DNA of 63,476 nt, the filler included, from Jimgerdemannia flammicorona (taxonomy: Eukaryota): assembly GCA_003990765.1 (NCBI GenBank). It is 3 parts of 3 records of this genome, joined end to end, with 100 filler letters (N's around TTAATTAATTAA, not from the genome) between each part and the next. Parts side by side here need not be neighbours in the genome. Positions count along the whole stretch, not along the records: positions 1 to 21,094 come from RBNJ01001535.1; positions 21,195 to 42,286 come from RBNJ01001537.1; 1 more part is not named here. One strand, 5' to 3'. This document shows, in pieces, positions 12,576 to 23,900 of the stretch (its first letter is position 1; each line of letters begins with the position of its first letter). The notes under the pieces are model-generated. The model was not told the origin of the DNA. It saw nothing but the letters and a program-made list of their open reading frames with translations, and made no database searches. The translations under genes and the position numbers were made by a program.

Positions 12576-13760
12576 TGTAATATACCTGACTCAATGGAGG
12601 CAAATTACAAGATTGGAGGTTGATGTCATTTGGCTTGAGCCCCTAGTTACTTTGTTAAAAGCAATAAAATATTTTTAGTATTTAGTGGTATAATAGTCAA
12701 AACTGGATATCTACAAGCAATTTTCTTATTAAGATGGGTTCTTGGATGTAGTGGCAATTTGTATGATAGATAATCTTTATATAGTATGGTGATCTTCATA
12801 TATATGACAGTCTGGCAATTTAGCAGTTTTCCTTCTTAAGTGATGGGCAATCTCTGTGTAGCATAACAATCTCCAAAAGTATGTAATTTCTGAGTGACAG
12901 TCTTGTTTCCAAAAGTATATGAATTCTGTATAATAATCTCTTTGTGTGGCATGAGTAGACTTCTTATGTGATTTGATAGATAACTTGATTCAGGTGTGGG
13001 TACTCTGAAAATGGCTCACTGGGAATAATACTAGTAGCAGATCCTCCTAAGTTGGATTTACTGGGAATGGATGTATAACTCAGATAACCTGGATATCATA
13101 GGTAACTCAGATAACACAGATAATTCAGATTTCATAGATTCTTTCTGAATCAGTGGGATTCTGAGTAATAACTCAGATTCTTGGCAAGTTACATCAAAGA
13201 ATGACTTTGTTTGCACAAACAAATCAGTGCAAAGTTGTGTCTAATAGACTGGCTTATGGCAAGATTCCTTAAGGGTTCTCTGGAAATATGGGTAACTTGG
13301 ACTCTTCAGGCTTATCTGGTAAGCAAACCAAAAATGTAACAAACTCTTCTTTATATCAGAAAGTGGACCAGAGGGGAAAAGGAAAATTTTGCTCATAATC
13401 TTCTAGCAGTGGCTGTAGTGTTCCTCTCAAAGTGTGGTAGGCAGACTTGTCTTTTACTTTTTGGATTCAATTTCAGACTGAGATTTATTCACTCTTGTCT
13501 CTGGGGTATTTTATACATTGTGGTTGCTATCTGGTTACTATGTTGCTAATTATATTACTATCTATAGCAGGTGTGCTGGTTTAGCAAAGGTGTATAGGTC
13601 TAGTACAGATATGCAGATCCAGTACAAGTATACCTTATCTGGTAGTTCTGGCTATTTATATAGTTTTCTACAGCAATGGTTGCTGTATCTGGTTACTATG
13701 CTATATGTTCATGTTATCTGACTAAGTTATAATTTAGGTGATATATTTTGGTTAGCCACA
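12576..13760 (-). repeat. 3' LTR of family 1 copy b
   Basis: TGTAAT...GCCACA on the plus strand, homologous to 7186-8362. Adjacent to a polypurine tract (minus strand TTTAGGGGGGACTGA). Confidence 0.9.
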
Positions 13761-13800
13761 TCAGTCCCCCCTAAAGGATGGTCTGTCCTCAGACTGTTCT

Positions 13801-14315
13801 TTAGTCATCATCCCAGTGTGGATAGGCATCTTCTGCATCAATATCTGTTCCATCATCTTCATTATCTATACCATGGTTACTTTATTCCAGGGGTTCTTCT
13901 TCTTCCTCTGGAAACAGGATTTCAATAGCATTAATGATGCTCAGGTAGGTGGCGAGATTCATTTCTCATACATCATATCAGGAGAATTATACCTATATCA
14001 GGGCTGTAGGATTTCATTTATAAAGGGTGTAGAGCCTGTTTGCAGCAGTGATATCTCTTCTTGATAGTCCTGTAGTATTTCTGATATACATTTGTTCTGG
14101 GACTGGGAGGTTCTGCAATTGTTCCCCAATTGTATAATGGGCCTGAAGTTGATGGACTTGTAAAAATCATCTGACCAGGACAAGATTCTCTTAATGAATC
14201 TGAATTCTTCAGAGAGTATTCCCATTGATTTCTCAGAATTAGAGAGGGCAACTGGCAGTGATTGAAATGAGATGAGAATAAGAGTCTGAAGGTAGTTGTC
14301 AACTCTCTGATTTAA
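13801..14315 (-). pseudogene. Family-1 3' accessory ORF with acidic C-terminus (unknown function)
   Basis: Read-through (one frameshift) gives ...LQVHQLQAHYTIGEQLQNLPVPEQMYIRNTTGLSRRDITAANRLYTLYK*NPTAL...FPEEEEEPLE...DAEDAYPHWDDD*. It ends just before the PPT. Confidence 0.6.
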
Positions 14316-15047
14316 GATGTGGGGGAAGATATATCTTGAGGCAATTGATGTATACTAGTGTCCTCAGGGTTTATCAATTTATACTTCTTAAATAGATACT
14401 GGTTTCTCTAATATTGTATATGAGTTAGGTTCCTTCTCATTTGGGCTCCAATTTGGTGGTAAAGTTTGTTTCAATCATACTTCTCCAGACCAGCACTTGA
14501 TCTCCAATCTTGATCTTCTGATCCTTTTGCTTCTGGTCATAGAACTTCTTTTATCTTTCTTGGGCTTTGGTAATCTGAACTTAGGCCTGATTATATAACT
14601 GTTCTGCCTTCTTGAGGAGGTTTCCAAAATTCTCATGATCAACAGTTCTGGGTTTTTTTTAGCAAACATAATTTTGAATAAATTTGTTTGGTAGAGACAG
14701 CAGGGGTGTTCTGAATTTCTAATAAGATCTCAGGTAAGCAGATATCCCAGTTAGTAGGATTGACTCAGGCAAGTTCTTTCTTAATGGTCTGGTTTATTCT
14801 TTCTGTTATACCATTGGTCTGGAGGTAGTATGATATGGTCTATTTGAGGTGAATCTTGTGAATTCAGATATAAATTGTAATTATGTTGTTGATGAATTCT
14901 GTACCTTAGTCAGAGATGAGTTCTTCTGAGAGTCTATATCTGAGAGTGAGTCTATGGAGAAGACCTACAATGGTTAAGGCATCTGCAATTTCTATTGGAA
15001 AAGCCTCAGGCCACTTGGTCAGATGTTCTATAAATATGAGAATGTAC

Positions 15048-16240
15048 TTTTTTTTTTTTTTGTTTTATGGACTCAGAGTCGCACAGATTTTTATTAGAAG
15101 GAAACCTAGTCTATATAGGCCAAAACTCTCCCCCACCACCTATCAAGCACTGCTCTTTCATTAATCTAGACTAGTTATTGTCCAGCAGCTTGACCATACT
15201 AAGCACAGTAGGGCCAATAGTGGCCTGCACCTCATTCTACATACCATTCTTTCCCTACTATCAGAGGGAACTCAAGTATATATCAATGACCAATAGCATA
15301 TGTCTGAGATCCCAATATATGTACAAGACCATGCTTAAGCTGAATAGAATAGCCCCTGCCACCCCAAGGAGAATGACAGGCAAAGAAAAAACTCTCATCA
15401 AAGTACATCATAGTAGATAGAGTCTGGTTCTCCCAGATGAGATGAGTAAAGAACTTACATATGAGGTGGGAGGAGACCTCCAATACCCCACTACTCAGGT
15501 CTGTAGGCCTTGATCAAATTGCTATATCAACTTCTGGTTTCAGTTAAGTGCAGCCAAAGTGTCTGAAATAGATAGCCTTAGGCCCTCTTATCTCCCATAA
15601 TGACTGGGGCCCAACTCAACATATTGCCAAAAGAAGCCATGAGTGACACCTACTACCTAACTACTCTGCACCAATCAAAAGACCCCACCAAAGCAGTACC
15701 TACCCCAGCCCTGATGACTGCCCCTAGCCTGGCACCCTACTGGTTCACCATAATTGCCCTTCCTCTTATCTGTGACAGCTATCTCTCCTCTCATCCTGAC
15801 AATACCTGAAAAACAGTCACCAATACCAGAACTATGCTTACCAGAAAGCTTGCCAAAGCCAGAGAGCCCCACCATAGGTACCAAGGACCTGCAGATAACC
15901 TATACCGGGCACTTGATGCCCAAGGTTAGCTGACTCTTTACATAATGTGTGATGCTCCAAGACAACATCTTGTTGGTAATGGCAAAGGAAGAAAGTGCTG
16001 CACCAAAATGAGTATACCCCAGATGTAGCTGAAAATATCAGAATCTGCAAAAATGTGGAGAAGACACTAATCTGACACTGATAAAAGAGTAACTCATCAC
16101 CAATGTCCTCCTCCCACCATCTCCTGTAGGCACAGCAAACCAACCCAAGGTAGAGAGGGTAATAATAGAGGAAAGGAGACTTGGAAGGTTGCCTACCAAA
16201 TCTTGTAACTGGTAAGATAGTGGAGAAAGGAGTGGTTATG
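15048..16240 (-). mobile_element. 5'-truncated non-LTR retrotransposon inserted in Gypsy integrase
   Basis: Poly(T) 15048-15061. 20-bp TSD ctataaatatgagaatgtac (15028-15047) / ccatgaatacaagaatgtac (16241-16260). The host integrase resumes after the TSD. Confidence 0.85.
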
Positions 16241-18369
16241 CCATGAATACAAGAATGTACTAGTGTAACTAGTAGAAGTCCAATTACATCTACTCTTCAT
16301 CTCTAAAAGATATTGTCTAGTGGTATAATTGGTTATAGTAGTGCTTAGTAGTTCTTCCTTCTTTGGTACTTCTGGTAGGTATCACATTTCTTGAGTATAT
16401 CTCAGACTTGTGTTCTGAGATTGGGCCAATGTTGGTGTATTGTTTATAACTTCTTCTCTATATTTGCCTGTCCTTGGTGAGCTTTCTGATGTTCTTTTTG
16501 GATGAGATCTTCTTGTGCCTTAATGGTTTGAGAAGCTTCCTTTTGGGTATAGTTCCCTTCTTCTGATTTATAGGGACTAGCAGGAAAGTACATCAACATT
16601 GTTATGAGCTTTTCCTGCTTTGGGAATGATGGTGATTTTGTAATCCTGAAGGATAAGGATCCAGCAGGCTAAGATTCCAGTAGGTTCCTTATGGTTGAAT
16701 AGCCATTTGAGAGCTATATGGTCTGTGATCAGGGTGAAACTTTTTCCAATAAGGTAATGCTTGAACAGAGTAACTGCCTATATGACTGCAAGGTATTTCA
16801 ATTTTGTGCTACCATAGTTCATCTGCTGCTAATTGGTAGCTTGGCTTGCATAGGCTATCACATGGTATTATTGGTCAGGTCCTTCATAGACTAGAACTGC
16901 TCCCAGGCCATCTTTGGAAGCATCTGTATACAAGATGAATGGCTTCTGTAGATTGGGGCACATAAGATTGGTGCTGTGGTCATGCAGTTCTTTAGTTCTT
17001 TGAAGGCTTTCTCTTGTAATTCTGTCTATTTATAAGGTACTTCTTTCTTGAGAAGGACTTGGATTGGGACAGTAATTTGGGTGAAGTTCTTAATAAACCT
17101 TCTGTAGTAGGATACTAGTATCAGGAATGATAGTGTTTTCTTTAGGGTCTTGGATACTGGCCAATTGTTGATCTTCTCAGTTTTCTTTCAGTCTGTATGG
17201 GTTCCTTCTTTTGAAACTATGAATCTGAGTAATTTAAGTTTCTGTTTCCCAAAATAGCATTTCTTGGCATTGTATCTCAGGTGGTTCTTGTAGGTGAGCT
17301 TGAAGAATTCTTTTAGATAGTGCAGGTATTCTTCGAAATTTACTGAATAGATGTTGGAATCATCCATGTATACAATCAGACAGTAGTGGATCAAGAGGGC
17401 ATAGACTGAATTCATCATCCTCTGGAAGGTGGGGGGTGTATTACAAAGTCCAAAGAGCATTTGGAGGTATTCAAAGGGTTTTTCTAGAGCAAGAAAGGCT
17501 GTCTTTTGAATGTCTTTTGGGTCTATGGGGATCTCATGGAATCCTGCAAAAAGGTCCATACTGCTGAAGTATCTGGTATCTTGTAACTGGTCCAAGAGGT
17601 CATCAATTCTGGGTAAAGGACAGGCATCCTTTTCAGTGACTGAATTGAGTTTTCTGTAGTCTACACAGAGTCTCCATCCTCCTTTCTTTGGTACAATAAG
17701 TATAGAGCTGGCCCAAGGGCTAGTTGAGGGTCAGATGACTCCATTGTCCAGGAGTTCTTGAATGTGCTCCTTTTCAAATGTCTTTAGGTGATGGGGTATT
17801 CTGCTGGATAGATGTTGCATTTCCTGTATTTATACTGTGGTGATATAATGGATTGTATGGCAGGTTGCCATAAGTGATGAAGATATCTTGATATTTATTG
17901 AGGAGTTCTACTAGTTATTGCCATTGTTGGGATATCAGTTCTTCTCCAATATTGGTAGAAGGCTTCACTGTCTCCTGGATCACAGAGGGGCCTTTTCTTT
18001 CTTCTGAGACCTTTTGTCATTTTCCAATAAGTTTAGTTCATAAACTTCTCTATAAGTTTAGTTGAGAAAAGGTACCAGATGTCCTATGATGATTTCTTTT
18101 GGCAAGATGATGGTTTCCCAACTTTGATTGGTTGCTCAGGAGTACACTGGATTCATCTTGTCAGGGAATGTGTGCCCTTCTATATCCAAGTATGGATATC
18201 TTTATTGGGTTCGAAGAAGAGGTTTCTGGGGTCAGGTGGTGCAAAAATTTCGAAAGTGGTTTGTTCTCTGGGCTCCAGGATGAGGTTCTTATGCAGCTTG
18301 ACTGGTTGGCAGTAAACTTGCTGGGGAACATTCCTCTTAAGGTGGTTGACTTGAAGGAGATGTACTTCC

Positions 18370-18790
18370 TTCTTATCTGAACTTCTAAATCCTTTGGCTT
18401 GTCTTGTTCCTTCAGTCAGTTCAGAGACTTCTTGTAATTGTGGGGTCTTGACCTTCATAAAAATAGCTTGGGCAATCTTCTGTCCTTTAATAATTCAGTG
18501 CTATTCTATACTACTGTTGTATAGGATGACCTTGATTTCACCTATGTATCTTGGGTCAATAGTTCCTCCTTCTATGGTTATTTCTTGTCTAGCAAGTCCC
18601 AATCTTGAGGTTAGTTGAATGTAAGTTCCTTGGGGTGGCTGCATAGCTAGTCTAGTTCTGATCATGAATATTTTTCCATGCTTGATGGATTCATCCTCCA
18701 GACCATGAAGGTCATATCCTACATCTTCTGAGTGGACTTTGATCAGGGGTTTGGCCTTGGGGTGTAGCAAGGTATACTGGGCAACATCCT
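18370..18790 (-). pseudogene. dut: dUTPase domain
   Basis: EDVGYDL...TSRLGLA...GGTIDPRYIGEIKV...RQAKGFRSSD. Confidence 0.92.
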
Positions 18791-20105
18791 TGCTGAGTTT
18801 GGGCTATCCTTGGGCTGAAGCTCTGCTAGCAGAGAGCCTCCAGGCTCTGAGGTTGAGGTGTGGCCATCTGGCTCCTATAGAGGGGTCTCAGAGATAGTTG
18901 ATTCCTCTTCTTCCTATAGGGTCTAGGGCTTCCATGAAGTTGGTGGCATATTCTATCTATCCTTGGCAGGTTGCATGTCTGATGAGAGCTAAGATGTCTT
19001 CTCCTAAATCATAGATCTTGAGAGTCCTTCTTCCTGGCTTCTTGGTGTGGCTTGTTCAGATCTGGTCTCTATTATCTCCTCTCTTTAAAATATAGATCAC
19101 AACATCATAACTGAGGTGAATCTTCTGATATCTGCAGTCTTGGCAGTCTGGGTGTCTTCCATGGTTACAATATCCTATTGCTTGGAAATGATGTTCCTTG
19201 TTATTGATTTCTTGTTATCTTGGGAATTGGTATTCATCTTGGTTATAAGTTGGAAGAAGAGTAGACAAGGGATATACTTCTGTTTGGGTGAAGAGACCTT
19301 GTCCTCTAAATTGACTTTGCAACTTAGTGGTAACTTCTTGAAAGGTGGTTGACTGTGCAACTGTGGTTGGGAGTTCTGGTCTTTGGGGTTTCTATCTTTC
19401 TTGCTGGTATAGTAGATGGCACTGATAGTAGTAGTCTTGGGGAGAGTAGAAGACCATTTTGTGTAGACATCTTTCTAGCCAAAAAGCCCTTTCTTGATAT
19501 GTTTCTTTCTTGGAAATAATGGAGATTGTGCTGGGTCCTTCTTCCATATTCCAAGGGTCATTATCATCAGGGGGTGTCCAGTGAGGGTCATTCCAGGGAA
19601 TGAGTTCAGAGACCTCTTCTTCTTCAGGTACTTCTTGTTCAGGAATTTCTTGATCAGAAGCTTCTTCTTTCTTAGACAATTCTTGTCTCCAAATTGCCTG
19701 TACTTCTGCAGCTTCAGCTGCAGATGTCTCTGGGATATATTTGCATTTCTTCTTCTTTCTTCTACACTCAGAGCATGCTGTGCCAGGCGAATTCCTTGTC
19801 TCAATGATCTTAGAGGAGTGCTCAGGGCACTTGTATCTCTTGAGACAGGTAGGGTATCCTCTGATTTCTCCTGCAATGGTTCCAAAGGTAATGGGGATTA
19901 TGTTCTTGGCTCATATATTGTCTTCTGGCCTATCATCTACTAGGTTGATCCAGGGATTGAGTCTGGAATTATTTCCATCTTTGGATTCTTCCTCTTCTTC
20001 TATGGTAAATTCTTTGCTGCTGGCATATTCCTCCTAGATGGTAACCTTTTTCTTCTTCTTCAATTGCTCATACATAACTGGTCATCTTAACTCTGTACTT
20101 CTTGT

Positions 20106-20745
20106 TTTTTTTTTTTTTTTATAATCACTCAGTCTTCTATTTATTATCACTCAATCTATAAATAATACTACATATGTACCCATAACCCCTCAGCTGATGC
20201 CCCTTGGATCCCTCTCCCCACTCTCTATCTCTCTCTACCAAAGTACAACCCAACCACCCACTATCTGAACCCTCTCTCCACTCTACTTGTAAATACAATT
20301 TACTCAATTCTGATGGCCCCCCCCCCACCTAGTCTTCACCCTCTCCACCAACCATTCAAAATGTCAAGTATTATCCATTTCTAATATGCTACCCTATCTC
20401 TAAATACAACTTGCTGGCCCTCCTCAAAGACATGAAGCCAATGACTGGCTATCTCTACTCAAATTGCCAGGGTCCATCCCAAGGTCAACCATTCATCCCC
20501 CACCCCACCCACTAACCTTTGCCAAAGGTCCCCCCATCTTCCTCCTTTCCCCCCACCAGGGGCCTTAAACCCAATCTGCTAGAAATACTATATCAAAACT
20601 CTCCCAAAACTTTACACTCCTCTAGCCAATGTTCAGGCATTTGTACCCCTCCTGACCAATGTCCATGCATTCCTCACACTCCAGTTGTCATCTTTCACCA
20701 GTAATATTCAGGTGACATAAGACCCAGACAACACTTTCTACAATA
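20106..20745 (-). mobile_element. 3' end of L1/Tx1-like LINE
   Basis: Poly(T) at 20106-20120 and a 3' UTR resembling 52987-53040. C-terminal zinc finger CEECMDIGQEGVQMPEHWLEEC parallels CEWCCELDGGVVQTPKHVLAEC of the full LINE. Confidence 0.8.
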
Positions 20746-21094
20746 TTTTTGGTGAAAGAAGACTAGTAATATAGATAGCAATAAGTATACTGATGAGTAT
20801 GTTGGCCAGGGGAGCAGTAGTGCCTTTGACTGATAGCATGTTGGAAGGAGGCAAGGAGATGGTTTGGAGATGCCAGAGCCTTCTAGGGCTAGCTATGGTG
20901 TTGGGGGTACAGAGAGGGGCAGTCTGAGGCAACAAGGAGGAGGGAGGATGATCTTTGCTGATAAGGTCAAGATGGAGAGAATGGCATCTGGTCTGGATAG
21001 TTAGTTGGGACTGAGGAAGGTGTTGATGGCTTCAGATAGAGGACAGAGAGGGGCTCCCATGGTAGGATCAGGCAGTAGGGTTGGAGCCGGAGTA
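20746..21094 (-). mobile_element. Probable 3' end of a different, C-rich non-LTR element nested in the LINE
   Basis: Abrupt strand-skew switch after a short T run. Nucleotide similarity to 22535-22790 (minus strand tcttgaccttatcagcaaagatcatcctccc vs tcttaaccttattgacaaagctcattcttccc). Confidence 0.45.
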
Positions 21095-21194
21095 NNNNNN
21101 NNNNNNNNNNNNNNNNNNNNNNNNNNNNNNNNNNNNNNTTAATTAATTAANNNNNNNNNNNNNNNNNNNNNNNNNNNNNNNNNNNNNNNNNNNN
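21095..21194. other. Artificial contig spacer (N44-TTAATTAATTAA-N44)
   Basis: 100-nt gap with a central six-frame stop linker; identical to 42287-42386. Confidence 0.98.
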
Positions 21195-22530
21195 AAAATG
21201 GCTGGATATCTTAAGCCATATTGCTTAAATTAGGAAAGTCTATCTGATACATATCTCTATAAATTTAAAATATAAAGAATTTTAGAGCTAAAAACTGAAA
21301 ATATATATTTAATAAAAATAATCATAAAAATTCTTATCTTTTACTAATCTAATATACTAATACTCTTTAATAAGACTACTCAATCAGTAGATAAATATAT
21401 TATAAGCTTATCTATAAAAGATTTCTTTTTTCTTTTTTTTACTATAAAGATACTATATAATGAAATTATTTATATAGTTATCTAAACCATAATTAGAGTC
21501 TGGTAAAGATATATAGTTTTTCTGAAATATGATTACTCTGTCTTCTCAATAAATTATTTTTCCCAATCTTGATCTTTATGATATTGAAGCTTTAATTATA
21601 GATCTAAAACTGATCAAATATTCAAATTATAATTAAAATAATGAAACTTTTTATTTTAATTTATAAAAAGTAATACTTCACTCACCAGTACTAACAGAAA
21701 ATACAGAAGTATCTATTTTTGAATAATATTATTTAAGCTTCTTCAAAGCTGTTTCAATAGCTTTCTTTTGTTTTAAGAGAGATGTATCTTCATTTCCCGA
21801 TAAGTCTGATAGATTCATAAGTTGATCAATTAAAAAATTATATATATATCAGAATTACAGAATATATTATTAAAAACTTTTATTAAATAACTTCTTTTAT
21901 ATATTCATTAAAATGCTAAAGTAAAATAAAGAGTAAAATAATAAAAAAAAGATAAATAAAGTAAAACTAAATCTGCAAAAATATTAATAAATACTTCTCT
22001 ACTTACCTTTAAAACTTTAACAACTTCTCTCAATTTTGCCCACTCATTCTCTTTAATTACCATATTCTGTATTTCCTTATCTGTAGTAGTCACAGAATCT
22101 AATATCTAAATTATATATATTTAAATAATTAATAAGCCTAATACTATTCTATAATATGTATTATTATTAGTAACCTATATACTATAGCAAGTATTAGTAC
22201 TTATTCAATTATTGAAAATATCAAGTTCTAATATATATTAACATCCAAAATAAGTTCTTTTAGATTGAATTGATTACTTTATACTATTCATTAAGTTTTT
22301 TTCACCATAGTGGTAATGATTGAATTGTAATAATCAATTTGCATAACTTTGAAATAGTATTAAAGCTCTTGCTAGTTTTACTCTAATTACTAAATAGTTA
22401 TGAGAGATAATCTTAAACAGTAAGATTCAGAATATTGATCTGATACTATATATGATTATTATTAGTATTAAAGATTACATCTTTCTTAACCACTATTTAA
22501 ATTATACAAAAAATTCTCAATACTTTCAAT
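21195..22530 (-). pseudogene. Decayed intron-containing hAT transposase (C-terminal half)
   Basis: LILDVNIY*N (consensus LILDVxTRWNS), EWAKLREVVKVLK followed by gtaagt, KKLK*YYSK...ST[gtgagt...cag]VLDL*LKL (consensus LDPRxK), and FPNLSNMA*D of the dimerisation domain. Confidence 0.8.
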
Positions 22531-22534
22531 ACAG

Positions 22535-22790
22535 TTTTCTGGAGAAACAAGCTAATATAATATTATTAACTCAAGTTTTAGAGGAGTATACTGAGTAGAG
22601 AAGCTTCAGTACATTTGACTAGCAGTATGTAAAGAGATAGAGTAGTATTAGAGAGAGCTCAGTGAGCTCTTATATAAGTGAAGACAGGGTCAGAGATGGT
22701 AGAAGGTTGAGAGGTGGGGGGCTAGGAGTGGGAAGAATGAGCTTTGTCAATAAGGTTAAGACCAGGAGTATGTCTGCAGAGCTGGATAGA
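22535..22790 (-). mobile_element. Short decayed 3' fragment of the C-rich non-LTR family
   Basis: Similarity to 20746-21010 in both the coding tail and the 3' end. Confidence 0.4.
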
Positions 22791-23489
22791 TCAGATCAAA
22801 GATTATATCTTTGATACTATCATTGATACCAGTACTAGAGAATATCTTATGTGTAAGAAGACAATTGACCATCTAGACTAGGATATTGAAGAATCTACCA
22901 AAATAATCTATATCATAGTAGATTATATATAAGCTACCCTCCTAGGTAAGATCTGAGAAGTCTCTATTAAGATTGAAGGAGTTACTATCTCAGTAGATAT
23001 GATCATTACAAGTACCACCAACTATGGTATCCTCATTAGTAACTAATGACTTTACAAGACCAAAACTATCATTGATCTCAATACCCAGAAGATACAGATC
23101 AACTATAAAGAAAGAAAGATATGAGTCTCTATCAATGTCTATAAAGAAGTACTATCAGACATAGAGGAAGGAGATGAAGAGGATACAGAAGTCTTCATAT
23201 ACTCAGTGTATAAGAACAAGAGCAAGACAACCAAGCTCACAGATGATAAGCAGTAGTATAATAAGATTATTAATAGCTATGCCCCTTAAGGAAGATGCCT
23301 CTATAGTGTCAAGATGTACTACTCTGAACACTTAAATAACTGCTAGTCCTATATCAGTGAAGTCAGAAAAATCTATCAACAAAGGAATAAGCAAGAAGCA
23401 GCTGAAGCAAAAAAGAAAGCTGAAGAAGATGACCAGCCCCCAGAGCTTCAAGCTGATAGTAATGATAAGGAGAAACAAGAACCAGACAT

Positions 23490-23900
23490 TATCCTCAAGG
23501 TTAAGAAGTTTTACTCTAAAGCCAAGATCTTAGAATATAAGACTGAAGGAACAGTAGAAATAGACCTTACTAGTATCCAAGATGCTATCCTTGAACCACA
23601 AACTACTACTCTACTTGGTACTGGAATTTAAGTCAAGTTACCAGAGAACCATGCCAGAATTATCAAGACCAGGAGTAGTCTGATCAAGAGTAAAATCTCA
23701 GTTAAAGAAGGAGTCATTGACCCTGATTACACTAGTGAGATCTTCCTTATAGTCAGAAATCACAACCACCCCATTCAAAGTCAAGAAGTATAACAGAATT
23801 GGCCAGATACTGATCCATAAAGTTAAGAAGCCTAAGATCACTGAAGTCATTAAACTCATCAAGACTAAGAGAGGAGAACAAGGCTTTGGATCTACTAGAA
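23490..23900 (+). pseudogene. dut: dUTPase domain
   Basis: LKVKKF...IDL...LGTGI...KTRSSL...EGVIDPDYTSEI...RIGQ...RGEQGFGST (one frameshift). Confidence 0.9.

Larger units (their letters stand above)
12576..20105 (-). mobile_element. Ty3/Gypsy family 1 copy b (3' LTR, PPT, accessory ORF, IN-RH-RT-dUTPase; cut at protease by a LINE)
   Basis: Colinear with copy a. RT ORF 17188-17595 (YMDD), dUTPase ORF 18501-18770, 3' LTR 12576-13760, PPT at 13764-13777. Confidence 0.95.

Noticed and set aside
7186..13760. The two family-1 LTRs as a pair flanking the Copia region
   Set aside because: PBS and PPT positions show they are the 5' LTR of copy a and the 3' LTR of copy b, with their internal regions lying outside the interval. 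They are also quite diverged.
21139..21150. TTAATTAATTAA palindrome repeated at 42331-42342
   Set aside because: Artificial assembly linker centred in N runs.
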